Assembly (NCBI GenBank): GCA_903840185.1 | Contig: CAIMFA010000686.1 | Coordinates: forward strand, 1 to 37,639 | From: an uncultured Lentisphaeria bacterium | Lineage (GTDB): Bacteria; Verrucomicrobiota; Lentisphaeria; Victivallales; Victivallaceae | DNA length: 37,639 nucleotides | Direction of reading: 5' to 3' | Part shown: positions 9,534 through 18,795 of the stretch, one piece after another | How positions within the stretch are numbered: position 1 is the first letter of the stretch | Layout of the letters: every line of letters starts with the position of its first letter | Notes under the pieces: model-generated | Told to the model about the DNA's origin: nothing | The model's input: only the letters and a program-made list of their open reading frames with translations | Databases searched by the model: none | Program-made: the position numbers and the translations under genes

Positions 9534-11908
9534 ATTCCGCGCCTCCTGTTATGATATGAGTAGATGATAATATACTCTATGCACGATTTATTCAAGTCAG
9601 GGAATCGAGAGGTTTCACGCTTTGCCCATCTCCACATCCACCTGATAGGTGACTCCCGGCACACAGGGGAGGAGCACTCCTTCGAGTTTTTTTCCGTCAA
9701 CCGAGACAGATCGCACACCACGGCCAACACCATGAGGATTTTGAACAGTGATCCGATATCTTGCCCCGCGAAAACGCGTTCGATGGAGAATTTTTTCCAG
9801 GCTGTCGGAATAACCGGATCAATGATCAAGCCTTCGGCGGTGGCGCGAATACCCAGCAGATATTCCACGGTTATCAGGAGCAGCCACGCGCTGGTGCCGG
9901 TACCGTAAAATTGACTTGAAAGGCCGTAGTCGGGGGAATCCGGCAGCGCAAAGTAATAATTCGGCACAAACAACGGTACCTGTCCATTTTTTTCGGGCGG
10001 GTTGTCCGGATTGGTGGGAAGCGTCCTGCGGATCAGGTCATACGCCTTTTCACCAAGGCCTTCGATGCAGTATGCAAACGCGGCGAACATCGAACCATGA
10101 CAATATACTGAGCCGTTTTCGGTGGTTCCCGGCTGTTTCAGGCTGATGCGTCCCGCCTGGCTGTTCCACGAGGTATAGGCCGGCCAGGTGATAAGCGGGC
10201 CGAAAGGGGTATTGAGGCTCTCAATGGTTTGTAACAATATTTCTTTTTTATCCGGCGAAACGCTTTTGCTGATCAGCGCCCAGGCCTGCGGATTAAGATA
10301 AACCGATCCCTCCTGGTTGGCGGAGGAGCCGAACGGTTGACCTTCGTCGTCGAACCCGGCCACGAAGCGGTCAGTATCCCAGCAATGTTTGTTAATATTT
10401 TCTCCCAGCCGTGCGTCAATCTCATTCAACCGTGCCGCGCTGGCGGTATCGCCGCGCAGCTGACAGACAGGAATCATCTGCTGCACGGCAAAACGGAATG
10501 CCATGGTGAGCCAGGTTGATTCGCCCTTGCCTTTGCGTCCAGGGCCGTTCAGCGGATCGAACCAGTCGCCGCCGCCGAGCAGGCACAGGCCGTGACTGCC
10601 GGTGTCGCTTTCAAAGTGATAGAGCGCCCGGAGCAGGTGTTCGTAGAGCGTTACCGGCTGTTCCGAATCCTTGAATGGAATTGCCTTGTCGAGAACGGAC
10701 ATATCTTTCAGTTCATTGAGCAGAAAGGCGATGCAGCTGACCAGCCAGTACGGCGCATCCTTGTAATGCGCCAGACAGTTTCCGCCCGGAGCCGAGCCGT
10801 CAAGCGCGTACCACTGCCATAAAAAGCCGTTCTGCTGCTGCCATGAGGCGTAATCAGTCATGCGGGCGATCGCGTACTCCGGATCGAGCAGGGAATAGCC
10901 GAGAGCATCCTGCAGCAGATTCCGCACCGGCATCACCGTGTGGCCCCGGTCGTTCCGCCCCATAAATGTCACCTGTTTTTTCAGCCAGAAATTGACCAGG
11001 GTGTTAAAATCGGAATCGGGCGTGGAGATGGTGAATATTTTTGAAACATCGTTCCAGTATTTCCCGGCCATCGCGAGTTCATCATCCCAGTATCCCGGCC
11101 GGGCCGATTCCGCGCGCAGCCGCACAATCTCTTCAAACGAAACTGCCGCGCCGCCGGCAATATGCAGAAGCAGCGATTCACCCGGGGCAAGCCTGACGGT
11201 ATAATGAAAAGCTCCCAGCGGAGCTTGCATGTGATTTGTTACGGAAGGGCAGCGCCGCCGGCTGACAGCCACTGGAATCCCGCTGGTATCATCGGAGCCG
11301 AAAAAAGCAGTTTCGCCGCAGGCATACGATTCGTGCGGCAGACTGCCGAACAGATAGAACAGATCCTTGCCGGGATTGGGGATGTCGTTCGCCTCATAGG
11401 GACTGCGGAACGGTTCGTTCCGGACACGGATAATGTTGTCAACGCACGCGGTTTCCTGCAGATAACCACCCGGATTGACAAACGAGTGCGCTACGAAATA
11501 GTTTATCTGCTTTGTCTCATTGCTTTCATTAATGAGGCAGTGCCGCCATATTTCCCGGTCGCCGCCGCGCGGCACCCAGGCGGTGATTTTAGCCGACAGG
11601 CCGTTGCGGCGCGATGTCCATTCAGTCTGCGCAAGCGCGTGAATGCACTCGAATGAATCGGGCGGAGAATCGTGCAGTCTGCCGAGCGGGCTCCACGGAG
11701 CATTATCGCCGTCAGCAATGTAGAAAAAGCGGCTTCCGGAAAAGACATCTTTTCTATTCGGCCTGAGGCATGTGCTTTTACCCTGACCGGTTTGTGAAAC
11801 ATTGACGAAGTAGGAGTCGTTAAATAGTATATTTCCCCAGGCAGCCGGAGTCTGCGGTGTTGTTATCCGGTACCGCGCTCCGTTGTCTATAAAATTTCCG
11901 TATGCCAT
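9530..11908 (-). CDS. GH94-like glycoside phosphorylase (cellobiose/chitobiose phosphorylase superfamily), apparently frameshifted near the 3' end; authentic stop predicted at 9615
   Basis: The N-terminus MAYGNFIDNGARYRITTPQTPAAWGNIL and the motif GGGDWFDPLN (catalytic-Asp region) are typical. After ..WKKFSIER the listed frame gives a non-homologous tail. The adjacent frame instead reads RFRGARYRITVQNPHGVGRGVRSVSVDGKKLEGVLLPCVPGVTYQVDVEMGKA-stop (stop at 9615-9617), which is the expected family C-terminus. Confidence 0.8.
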   Translation of the reverse strand: MAYGNFIDNGARYRITTPQTPAAWGNILFNDSYFVNVSQTGQGKSTCLRPNRKDVFSGSRFFYIADGDNAPWSPLGRLHDSPPDSFECIHALAQTEWTSRRNGLSAKITAWVPRGGDREIWRHCLINESNETKQINYFVAHSFVNPGGYLQETACVDNIIRVRNEPFRSPYEANDIPNPGKDLFYLFGSLPHESYACGETAFFGSDDTSGIPVAVSRRRCPSVTNHMQAPLGAFHYTVRLAPGESLLLHIAGGAAVSFEEIVRLRAESARPGYWDDELAMAGKYWNDVSKIFTISTPDSDFNTLVNFWLKKQVTFMGRNDRGHTVMPVRNLLQDALGYSLLDPEYAIARMTDYASWQQQNGFLWQWYALDGSAPGGNCLAHYKDAPYWLVSCIAFLLNELKDMSVLDKAIPFKDSEQPVTLYEHLLRALYHFESDTGSHGLCLLGGGDWFDPLNGPGRKGKGESTWLTMAFRFAVQQMIPVCQLRGDTASAARLNEIDARLGENINKHCWDTDRFVAGFDDEGQPFGSSANQEGSVYLNPQAWALISKSVSPDKKEILLQTIESLNTPFGPLITWPAYTSWNSQAGRISLKQPGTTENGSVYCHGSMFAAFAYCIEGLGEKAYDLIRRTLPTNPDNPPEKNGQVPLFVPNYYFALPDSPDYGLSSQFYGTGTSAWLLLITVEYLLGIRATAEGLIIDPVIPTAWKKFSIERVFAGQDIGSLFKILMVLAVVCDLSRLTEKNSKECSSPVCRESPIRWMWRWAKRETSRFPDLNKSCIEYIIIYSYHNRRRGI

Positions 11909-11950
11909 AATTGTTCCCAGTCGGATTGTTTTCCAGTTATCAATACGGGT

Positions 11951-14101
11951 TTATTTTAAAACGAAAGAGCCCTGAAGGCCTCTTTCAGAATCAGGCCCGA
12001 CCCATATTATAAACTCTCCAGGTTCCGAGCCCCAGGACATGTCGCTCCTGGTAAAGGCAAGGTCGACTTCATTCAGTTTAAATTTCACGGTCTTTGTTTC
12101 GCCGCGCCGGAGATAAACCCGGTCAAACCCCTTTAATTCTTTCACCGGCCGGTTTACGCTGGCGATGCAATCCTTGACATATAGCTGCACAACTTCCTCA
12201 CCGTCTGCTTCCCCGGCATTGGTTATATCAGCCGCGATTACGATCCCGGAATTTCCGGTCATAGTGTCCGGCGAAATGGAAAGATTGGAATAATCAAAGC
12301 GGGTGTAGCTCAGGCCGAATCCGAATGGAAATAACGGCCCCTGTCTGGCAATTTCAAGATAATTCTGCATGTTTGACGGGTTGCCGAAGATGTTGCGTTT
12401 GCAATTATAATAAAGCGGAATCTGCCCGGTTGTGCGCGGGAAAGTAACCGGCGTTTTTCCTGAAGGATTAACCTTGCCGAACAGGACGTTTGCTATCGCC
12501 TGTCCGCCCATTGTTCCAGGATGCCACGCATAGACGATTGCCGGAATATGCTCAGCCGCCCAGGACAGATCAAGCTGTCTGCCCGCCATGACCACGAGAA
12601 TAACCGGGATGCCGCAGTTATGCACTCTGCGGATCAGCTCCTCCTGCCCGGCCGGCAGCGTCAGCGAAGTAATATCGCGTCCTTCGCCGCTGCGCAGCGG
12701 ATGTTCGCCGACAACTAGAATTACTGCATCCGCCTTTGAGCTGGTAGTGAGCAGCGTGTCTTCAAAGCCGCCACCGCCGGTAAAGACGGTTGTCCCCGGA
12801 GAAACGACTGACTTGACTCCTTCCGCCACCGTGATGACGTCTTCGCTTCTGCCTGCCGGATTCCAGCAGCCGAGCAGTTCGCTGCGGCTTTCACTGAGCG
12901 GCCCCATAACCGCGATGCGTTTGATGTCCGGGGAAAGCGGCAGCAGATGATTTTCATTGCGCAGCAGCACCAGTGATTTTTCCGCCGCTTCCAGCGCGAC
13001 TTTTTTATGATTTTCACAAAGAATGATTTTGCCTGCGAGGTTGAAATCGGCATATGGACGCTCAAACAATCCAACCCTGAATTTTATTCTGAGCACATTC
13101 CTGACCGCTCTGTCCAGTTCTTCAACCGGCACGGCTCCTTTTCCCACCAGCTGAACGAGGTGATCATTGAAACAGCCGCTGACCATATCCATGTCAATGC
13201 CGGATTTTATCGCCATCTCCGCGGCTTCCGCTTTATCAGCGGCAATTCCCTGCAAGCGGAGATAATCAATACACTGGAAGTCTGTTACCACAAAACCGTC
13301 GAACCCCCATTCCTCCCGGAGCACGTCCTTCAGCAGATATTTGCTTACCGTGCACGGAATGCCGTCAATATCATTGAATGCCGTCATAACAGTGGCAACG
13401 CCGGCTTTAACCGCGGCCCGGAAACTTGGCAGATAAATATCCCGCAAAGCTCTTTCAGAAATATTCGAGTTGGTATGGTCGCGTCCCCCGACGGCGGCCC
13501 CGTAGCCGGCAAAGTGTTTGACGCAGGCGGCTATTTTATCCGGAGCGCCAAGCTTCTCCCCCTGGTACCCGCGGACCGCCGCAAACGCCAGTTCACTGCA
13601 AAGATAAGGGTCTTCGCCGAAGCTTTCCGCGATTCTTCCCCAGCGCGGATCCCGCGAGATATCCACCATCGGCGTAAAAGTCCAGCGGATGCCGGCGCTC
13701 GCGGTTTCAGCCGCCGCAATTGACGCTGTCGCCAGCGCCGCGTCACGCGACCAGCCTGCCGCCAGCCCGAGCGGAATTGGAAAGACTGTGCGCAAGCCGT
13801 GAATGACATCAAGCCCGAACAGGATCGGAGTTCCCAGCCGGGATTCTTCGACCGCAATTCTTTGAATTTCATTCACGGCATTTTCCCGCTCATCGTCCGC
13901 CCTTCCCGTCGGCATACCCCAAAGCAGGATTGAACCGACCCGGCCCTTGCGGACCATAGCCATCATATCTTCATACGAACAACAGCTCTTATGGGTCTGA
14001 TGCAGCTGTCCGGCTTTTTCCTCCGGAGTCATTTTCCCCAGAAGCTCATTTATCTTTTGCTCGATGGCTGAATCACTGGCAGCCGGCATTCTTTTTTTCA
14101 T
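11951..14101 (-). CDS. GH3 beta-glucosidase (BglX-like), cytoplasmic
   Basis: 716 aa with no signal peptide. GH3 motifs present: GLDVIHG, KHFAGYG, and nucleophile region GFVVTDF. The C-terminus is an FnIII-like beta-sandwich (VVQLYVKD..). Confidence 0.9.
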   Translation of the reverse strand: MKKRMPAASDSAIEQKINELLGKMTPEEKAGQLHQTHKSCCSYEDMMAMVRKGRVGSILLWGMPTGRADDERENAVNEIQRIAVEESRLGTPILFGLDVIHGLRTVFPIPLGLAAGWSRDAALATASIAAAETASAGIRWTFTPMVDISRDPRWGRIAESFGEDPYLCSELAFAAVRGYQGEKLGAPDKIAACVKHFAGYGAAVGGRDHTNSNISERALRDIYLPSFRAAVKAGVATVMTAFNDIDGIPCTVSKYLLKDVLREEWGFDGFVVTDFQCIDYLRLQGIAADKAEAAEMAIKSGIDMDMVSGCFNDHLVQLVGKGAVPVEELDRAVRNVLRIKFRVGLFERPYADFNLAGKIILCENHKKVALEAAEKSLVLLRNENHLLPLSPDIKRIAVMGPLSESRSELLGCWNPAGRSEDVITVAEGVKSVVSPGTTVFTGGGGFEDTLLTTSSKADAVILVVGEHPLRSGEGRDITSLTLPAGQEELIRRVHNCGIPVILVVMAGRQLDLSWAAEHIPAIVYAWHPGTMGGQAIANVLFGKVNPSGKTPVTFPRTTGQIPLYYNCKRNIFGNPSNMQNYLEIARQGPLFPFGFGLSYTRFDYSNLSISPDTMTGNSGIVIAADITNAGEADGEEVVQLYVKDCIASVNRPVKELKGFDRVYLRRGETKTVKFKLNEVDLAFTRSDMSWGSEPGEFIIWVGPDSERGLQGSFVLK

Positions 14102-14120
14102 ACGTCCGTTTCCGTTCTTC

Positions 14121-17100
14121 CTATTTGATGATTACCACGCCGTATCCTGCGGGGCTGGCGTGGTTGTTCTCGGTGCCGGACCACACCATCTGCACCTTGC
14201 GGCCGGATGTTGCGGTATCGGCATCATCAAGCGAGACGTCGAACCCGAACATATTGGTGATGTGCGCCGGCAGCGTGAAGCTGACTGATACGGTATATCC
14301 GCCGGCAGCTTTTTCGGCACGTACCACGAGATCCTGCAATTTTTGATTGCGCACAATGACATATTTGCCGGCGGCGGTGACGCCAAGCTGGACAACTCCG
14401 TCCATGGAATTTGCATCCTTCTGTGCATCAGTACGGAGATCGAAGAAAAATTCAATCGCATCTCCGGCCCACGGGGCGCTGCCGCTTTCTTCAGGAAAGA
14501 CCGCGTCGTCTTTAACCTTTACGACAACGGTCACCTTGCGATCCTGCACGGTTACGGTTCCGGCGGCGCTCAAGTCATTCCTGCCTTTCCAGCTGCCTTC
14601 GGACACGACCCGGTTCTGGTTGTCGATCACCGGTCCGCCCATGCGAACTTGCGCGGCTTCGTTGATGTCAAACCGGCCTGGAGTTGCGCCGTTCACCACC
14701 GCTGCTTTTTTAGGTTGCACGGGCAGTTCCAGGAGGAAATCCTTCGAGACTGCGCCTGAGAGATTTCCTTCAAGCGTCAGCGGTGTGCCGGTGCCTGATA
14801 TTCTGATGGACTCGGTCTTTTCTTTGCCCGCCGGTATGTTTAACGATTTGCGCATTTCCGGCTTGCCGGCGGCTTTCACATTAAAGGAGCACCGCAGTTC
14901 TTCATCAAACGGATTGCGGACTGTCAATTGCGCGTCGTAAGGCATTCCGGTCAGCACCAGTTCCGGCAGGCGGAATCCGATCATTTCCTGCAGCACCGGC
15001 GGCTGTTCCGATTCAAGATAGAACGGTTCCTCGGTAAGTACAAGCACACCCTCGCCATTCGTGCGGTTTCCGAACATGTCAATTCTGGTAATGGACTTGC
15101 CCTTGGCCGCGCTTTTTGCTACCAGCACCTCGGAACCGTCCATCGTCCACAGTACCGTAACGCAACGGCCGGTGCTGCTGAATTGATAGGCGCGGATGTT
15201 GCGGTTGAATGGGAGGGTACGTTCATACTTAAGCCCGGCCAGAATATTGGAGAGCATTAAATGAGCGGCGTAGGCCGGTTTGGGCGAGAAGTCGCTGTTG
15301 AGCGGTCCGCCGTCACTGCGGACGGTGTAATTGAAGTTATGCTTGATATCAACGGCTTTCGACTGCACGTGCCACTGGATTATGCGCCACGCCTGTTCGC
15401 GCAGGCTGAGCAGCGGCACATTGGCCCATCCGCCCTGGACTCCCACCATTTTCGGATTATCAGTTGCCAGGAAGCTGGTTTCGCTGTTCCAGACCTGTTT
15501 GCCGCCATCGCCGTGCGCGGCCATATAAGGGCGGAGTTTTTCCATCAACTGTACGGAAGTGTCCCAGGACTGCTTCGGTCCGCCCACGCTGTAAAAGTGG
15601 TAGTCGACAACATCATAATCCGCCTGCGGGTTCTGAGCATACCATTCCGCCATGCCGTAGGCTGAGTTCTTATCCGTATGGCTGGTGCTGGTTAAATCAT
15701 TGTAGGCAGCGCAGAATCCGCCCAGGCAAATTTTGGCGGCCGGGTCTATGGAGCGGATGATTGAGGATGTCTCTTTCAACCACGCGGCATAGGCTTCGGT
15801 TTTGAATGGATAGAGGAACTGGCGGGTATCCGCTTCGTTCCACATCTGATAATAGGGTATCCTGCCTTTGTACCGGGTTGCGAATGCTTTAACATAGTTT
15901 CTCCAGAGATTCATGTCCGGCGGCAGGCGGAACCCCATGGAGACTTCGCATTTATGCGATATTTCTTTGGGATTCATGAACGGTTTGCTGCCCCCCATGA
16001 TGACGGGATAGACCACAATGCCGTATTTATCCGCGATGGCGAGGAATTGATCGAAGCCGTCCCAGTAGTATGAGCCGGGATTCTCTTCGATAAAGTCCCA
16101 GGCGACCCAGGCGCGAAACCAGCGGATTCCCATCTGGGAAAGGCGGAACATTAAAGCATCGACTGTGGCGGCATCAAAAGTTTTGCGCCCGAATGGCCAT
16201 TCCTCGGTAATCCCGTAAATGGATTCTTCGGCGGGTTCCCGGATTGCGGCGGAGGGGGTGATGCTGATTGGCAGCGTCACCTGTTTTTCAACGCCTTCGC
16301 CGGTTATCGTCGCTTTCAGTTTATACCAGCCGAACGGAAGCTTCGGAAGCGTATACTTGTGGCTTTCGGCAGTGACTAATGCCGGTTTTATAGTGGCAAT
16401 CTTTTTCTCGTCCAGGTCAAAAACCGCGATGGTGCTTGTAAGATTTTTACCGTTTTTGGCCGGGAAAGACAGCGCCGTCGTAAAAGGGCCGGAACCGGTA
16501 AAGTAGCCCAGGTCACGCGGGGTTCCCTCAAATACCGCTTTGACTTTTGGCTCGTACACCCGCAGCGAGAAATGCTCGACCTCGGCATCGAGTAAATCCC
16601 TGCCGGGGCTTTCGCCGAATACGTAGAAAATGCGTCCTTTCTGCCATACAAATTTTTTGGCCATGACCGTGCGGGAAACTGCTTTGCCGTTTATCCACAG
16701 GGTTGATTCGTTTTCAGACCATCGAGTCTTGATCGAACATCGCTCTCCGGCATTGACGGATACTGCAGCTCTGGCACCGCACTGCGTGCCGCCTTCAGAC
16801 GCGTTCAAGCGGCTTATAACGGTGGCTCCGCCCAGGAACACGAGGTTGAAGGAATTTGGATCGGAACCCCAGATATTTGTGCCCAGTGCGAAGATAAAAT
16901 GAGAGGCTTTCAGGGTATCCCCGGAACTCCATTTCGGCCGGAAAGTACACTCAATTTCGTAGACCAGGTCGGGATTGTTACAGAGGTCGTCAGGCAGCAC
17001 AAATGCACAGGGCAGTCCTTGATTAACCGGTTTCAGGGTGATATCCTGACTTGCGAGAGTGGCGGTATCGCCGGTCTTTTTATAGATCAGGTCCGTCTTC

Positions 17101-17693
17101 AGCTGGAAGGCTTTCATATATTCAAGTTCTTCAGTATTTTCCACGGCGGCGGAGACTTTTGCCGGCTCTCCTGCCGAAATATCGGCGATATCGAATCTGC
17201 CGTTCAGTTCCTGCATGCGGAACTGGACAGCGCATTTAGTCGCGCCCTCTGGTACAGTGATAACCTCTGCGAGTTCTTTCCACTGTGTTGCGGGCTGGCA
17301 GAAGATCGCAACGGCATCTCCGGCTCCGGCTCCGGAACTTTTACCAAAAGCGATGCGCACCCAGCTTCCGCGGTCGCTGGCGGCGAACGGGGCTGATGAG
17401 CGATACTTGAAACGCACTTCCAGTTTGGTAAGATTGCCGAGTTTGATATTGTCAGCAGTATAACAAGCCATTTTATTGTCGGACACGGAAAGCTGTATGT
17501 ATTTCCCTGAGCCTGAAGGCATGCTTTGTATTGTCACGTCGCCCGAAAACGTTCCTTTCGCCAATTCTGTTGTAAACGAATTGCTGTAAAGCGTTTTGCG
17601 GGTTTCGCTCTTGCCGTTTATCTCCTCGCCGTTTGCTCCAAAGGTCAGGAGGACTCCAGTTAGCGCCAGTACAAATAATCTCGATCTTTTCAT
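14121..17693 (-). CDS. Large secreted multidomain glycoside hydrolase: CBM-like module, LamG-like module, clan GH-A TIM barrel, C-terminal CBM9-like module
   Basis: The ORF-track start is TTG at 17696; the ATG at 17693 has GGAG about 8 nt upstream. Signal peptide MKRSRLFVLALTGVLLTFGANG. Clan GH-A signatures are YYQMWNEAD (acid/base NE) and VWNSETSF (nucleophile E). The C-terminal DAIEFFFD...FGFDVSLDDAD resembles CBM9. The N-terminal module is shared with the upstream 316-aa protein. Confidence 0.75.
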   Translation of the reverse strand: MKRSRLFVLALTGVLLTFGANGEEINGKSETRKTLYSNSFTTELAKGTFSGDVTIQSMPSGSGKYIQLSVSDNKMACYTADNIKLGNLTKLEVRFKYRSSAPFAASDRGSWVRIAFGKSSGAGAGDAVAIFCQPATQWKELAEVITVPEGATKCAVQFRMQELNGRFDIADISAGEPAKVSAAVENTEELEYMKAFQLKTDLIYKKTGDTATLASQDITLKPVNQGLPCAFVLPDDLCNNPDLVYEIECTFRPKWSSGDTLKASHFIFALGTNIWGSDPNSFNLVFLGGATVISRLNASEGGTQCGARAAVSVNAGERCSIKTRWSENESTLWINGKAVSRTVMAKKFVWQKGRIFYVFGESPGRDLLDAEVEHFSLRVYEPKVKAVFEGTPRDLGYFTGSGPFTTALSFPAKNGKNLTSTIAVFDLDEKKIATIKPALVTAESHKYTLPKLPFGWYKLKATITGEGVEKQVTLPISITPSAAIREPAEESIYGITEEWPFGRKTFDAATVDALMFRLSQMGIRWFRAWVAWDFIEENPGSYYWDGFDQFLAIADKYGIVVYPVIMGGSKPFMNPKEISHKCEVSMGFRLPPDMNLWRNYVKAFATRYKGRIPYYQMWNEADTRQFLYPFKTEAYAAWLKETSSIIRSIDPAAKICLGGFCAAYNDLTSTSHTDKNSAYGMAEWYAQNPQADYDVVDYHFYSVGGPKQSWDTSVQLMEKLRPYMAAHGDGGKQVWNSETSFLATDNPKMVGVQGGWANVPLLSLREQAWRIIQWHVQSKAVDIKHNFNYTVRSDGGPLNSDFSPKPAYAAHLMLSNILAGLKYERTLPFNRNIRAYQFSSTGRCVTVLWTMDGSEVLVAKSAAKGKSITRIDMFGNRTNGEGVLVLTEEPFYLESEQPPVLQEMIGFRLPELVLTGMPYDAQLTVRNPFDEELRCSFNVKAAGKPEMRKSLNIPAGKEKTESIRISGTGTPLTLEGNLSGAVSKDFLLELPVQPKKAAVVNGATPGRFDINEAAQVRMGGPVIDNQNRVVSEGSWKGRNDLSAAGTVTVQDRKVTVVVKVKDDAVFPEESGSAPWAGDAIEFFFDLRTDAQKDANSMDGVVQLGVTAAGKYVIVRNQKLQDLVVRAEKAAGGYTVSVSFTLPAHITNMFGFDVSLDDADTATSGRKVQMVWSGTENNHASPAGYGVVIIK

Positions 17694-17739
17694 CAATCAA
17701 CTCCGTTTTCTATATGTTGGATTTTAAAAAATATGACCG

Positions 17740-17790
17740 AAAAAAAATCATGCGGAACGATTCCGCCGCTACGCAAACGCGGCGGAATCG
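17740..17790 (-). terminator. Strong intra-operon hairpin with a displaced T8 tract (attenuator, partial terminator or RNA-stability element)
   Basis: There is a perfect 12-bp stem: plus-strand cgattccgccgc at 17758-17769 pairs with gcggcggaatcg at 17779-17790. Read on the minus strand, the transcript carries cgattccgccgc (17790-17779), the 9-nt loop, then gcggcggaatcg (17769-17758), followed by ttccgcatga and then TTTTTTTT (17747-17740). It lies between the CBM-like gene and the large hydrolase gene. Confidence 0.4.
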
Positions 17791-17816
17791 GGAATATTTC
17801 TTGCAGCAATAAAAGA

Positions 17817-18767
17817 TTAATTAGTTTTGGCGGAATCAGTTGCAGCAGCCGGCTTCGCCGGCGCCAGCCGTATTTCCCGCACGTCAAGAGTTCCTTTACG
17901 CTGTTGCAGTCTGACCTGGAAAGACACTGATTCCGCTTTTTCGGGCGGGATCAATGAAAAAGCCTGCGTCTGCCAGGTTTCAGCAAGACCGAAAATCAGA
18001 GCGGAGTTACCGGCAGGAGCGCCTTTAGCATTATACCATGATACATAAATCCATGCACCGACATGCGGAGCAGAACCTTCGATCGAGGTTTGATAGATCA
18101 CCGACAATTCAAGCGGCTTGCCGGGCTGAACGGAGAACATCGCAGGCATCAGCATCGCCATGCCGCTGTCTGCTTTCAGCTCAAGTTCCAAGTACTTAAA
18201 CCCTTCCGGCGATGTTTTAATGGCACCATTCTCGGATTTTAAACTGCCTTTGCCGGATTCAAAATTCCATATCCGCGCACTGTTTTCCGGAGTGGCTTCC
18301 GCAATGGAAACCTCTTTGACGTCGATGAGTCCGGGACGTTCCTGTAAACGCAGTTGAAAGTTTATCGTCAGGGGAGCCGTCACTGGAACCAGAATTTTTT
18401 CCGTCGCCCAGCCGTCGGTCGGCGGCAATATGTAACTTTTAAGCACTGCATCCGGGTTGTTCTGGTCTTTGCAGAAAACGGCCACCCAGGTGCCGCGGTC
18501 CGGTCCGGAATCCGCGACAGCAGTACGATAAGTAATTGAAATGCACGCTGTTGTTCCCTGGGCAAATTCAACTGCCGGAGATGATATGGCGGCAAAGCCT
18601 TTATTATCGCTGCTTTTCATGCGGAAAATTCCGATGCCGCTATCGGTAACACTTTCCGCTTTATCCAAATTCCAGCCGTCAGTGCTGCCGCCAGGCTTTA
18701 ACACGTTGTCCGCCCATACTGGTGATGCGATAAAAAGCCCGGCAACTAAACATGTAATCAGTTTCAT
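17817..18767 (-). CDS. Secreted protein made of two tandem CBM-like (galactose-binding-like) modules
   Basis: 316 aa with signal peptide MKLITCLVAGLFIASPVWA and AAGGAG upstream. Two internal repeats of about 145 aa end in FQLRLQERPGLIDVKEVSI and FQVRLQQRKGTLDVREIRL. Confidence 0.75.
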   Translation of the reverse strand: MKLITCLVAGLFIASPVWADNVLKPGGSTDGWNLDKAESVTDSGIGIFRMKSSDNKGFAAISSPAVEFAQGTTACISITYRTAVADSGPDRGTWVAVFCKDQNNPDAVLKSYILPPTDGWATEKILVPVTAPLTINFQLRLQERPGLIDVKEVSIAEATPENSARIWNFESGKGSLKSENGAIKTSPEGFKYLELELKADSGMAMLMPAMFSVQPGKPLELSVIYQTSIEGSAPHVGAWIYVSWYNAKGAPAGNSALIFGLAETWQTQAFSLIPPEKAESVSFQVRLQQRKGTLDVREIRLAPAKPAAATDSAKTN

Positions 18768-18795
18768 AAAAACTCCTTTATTTAAGATTTTAAAA

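Noticed and set aside
8808-9554. Long antisense or alternative-frame ORFs inside large genes (for example 8808..9554 +, 13007..13723 +, 14347..14940 +, 22810..23466 +, 27419..28060 -, 29393..30244 -, 36237..36803 +)
   Set aside because: Each lies wholly within a longer ORF on the opposite strand that has clear family motifs. Their products are Arg/Gly/Ser/Pro-rich, as expected for mirror frames of moderately GC-rich coding DNA.
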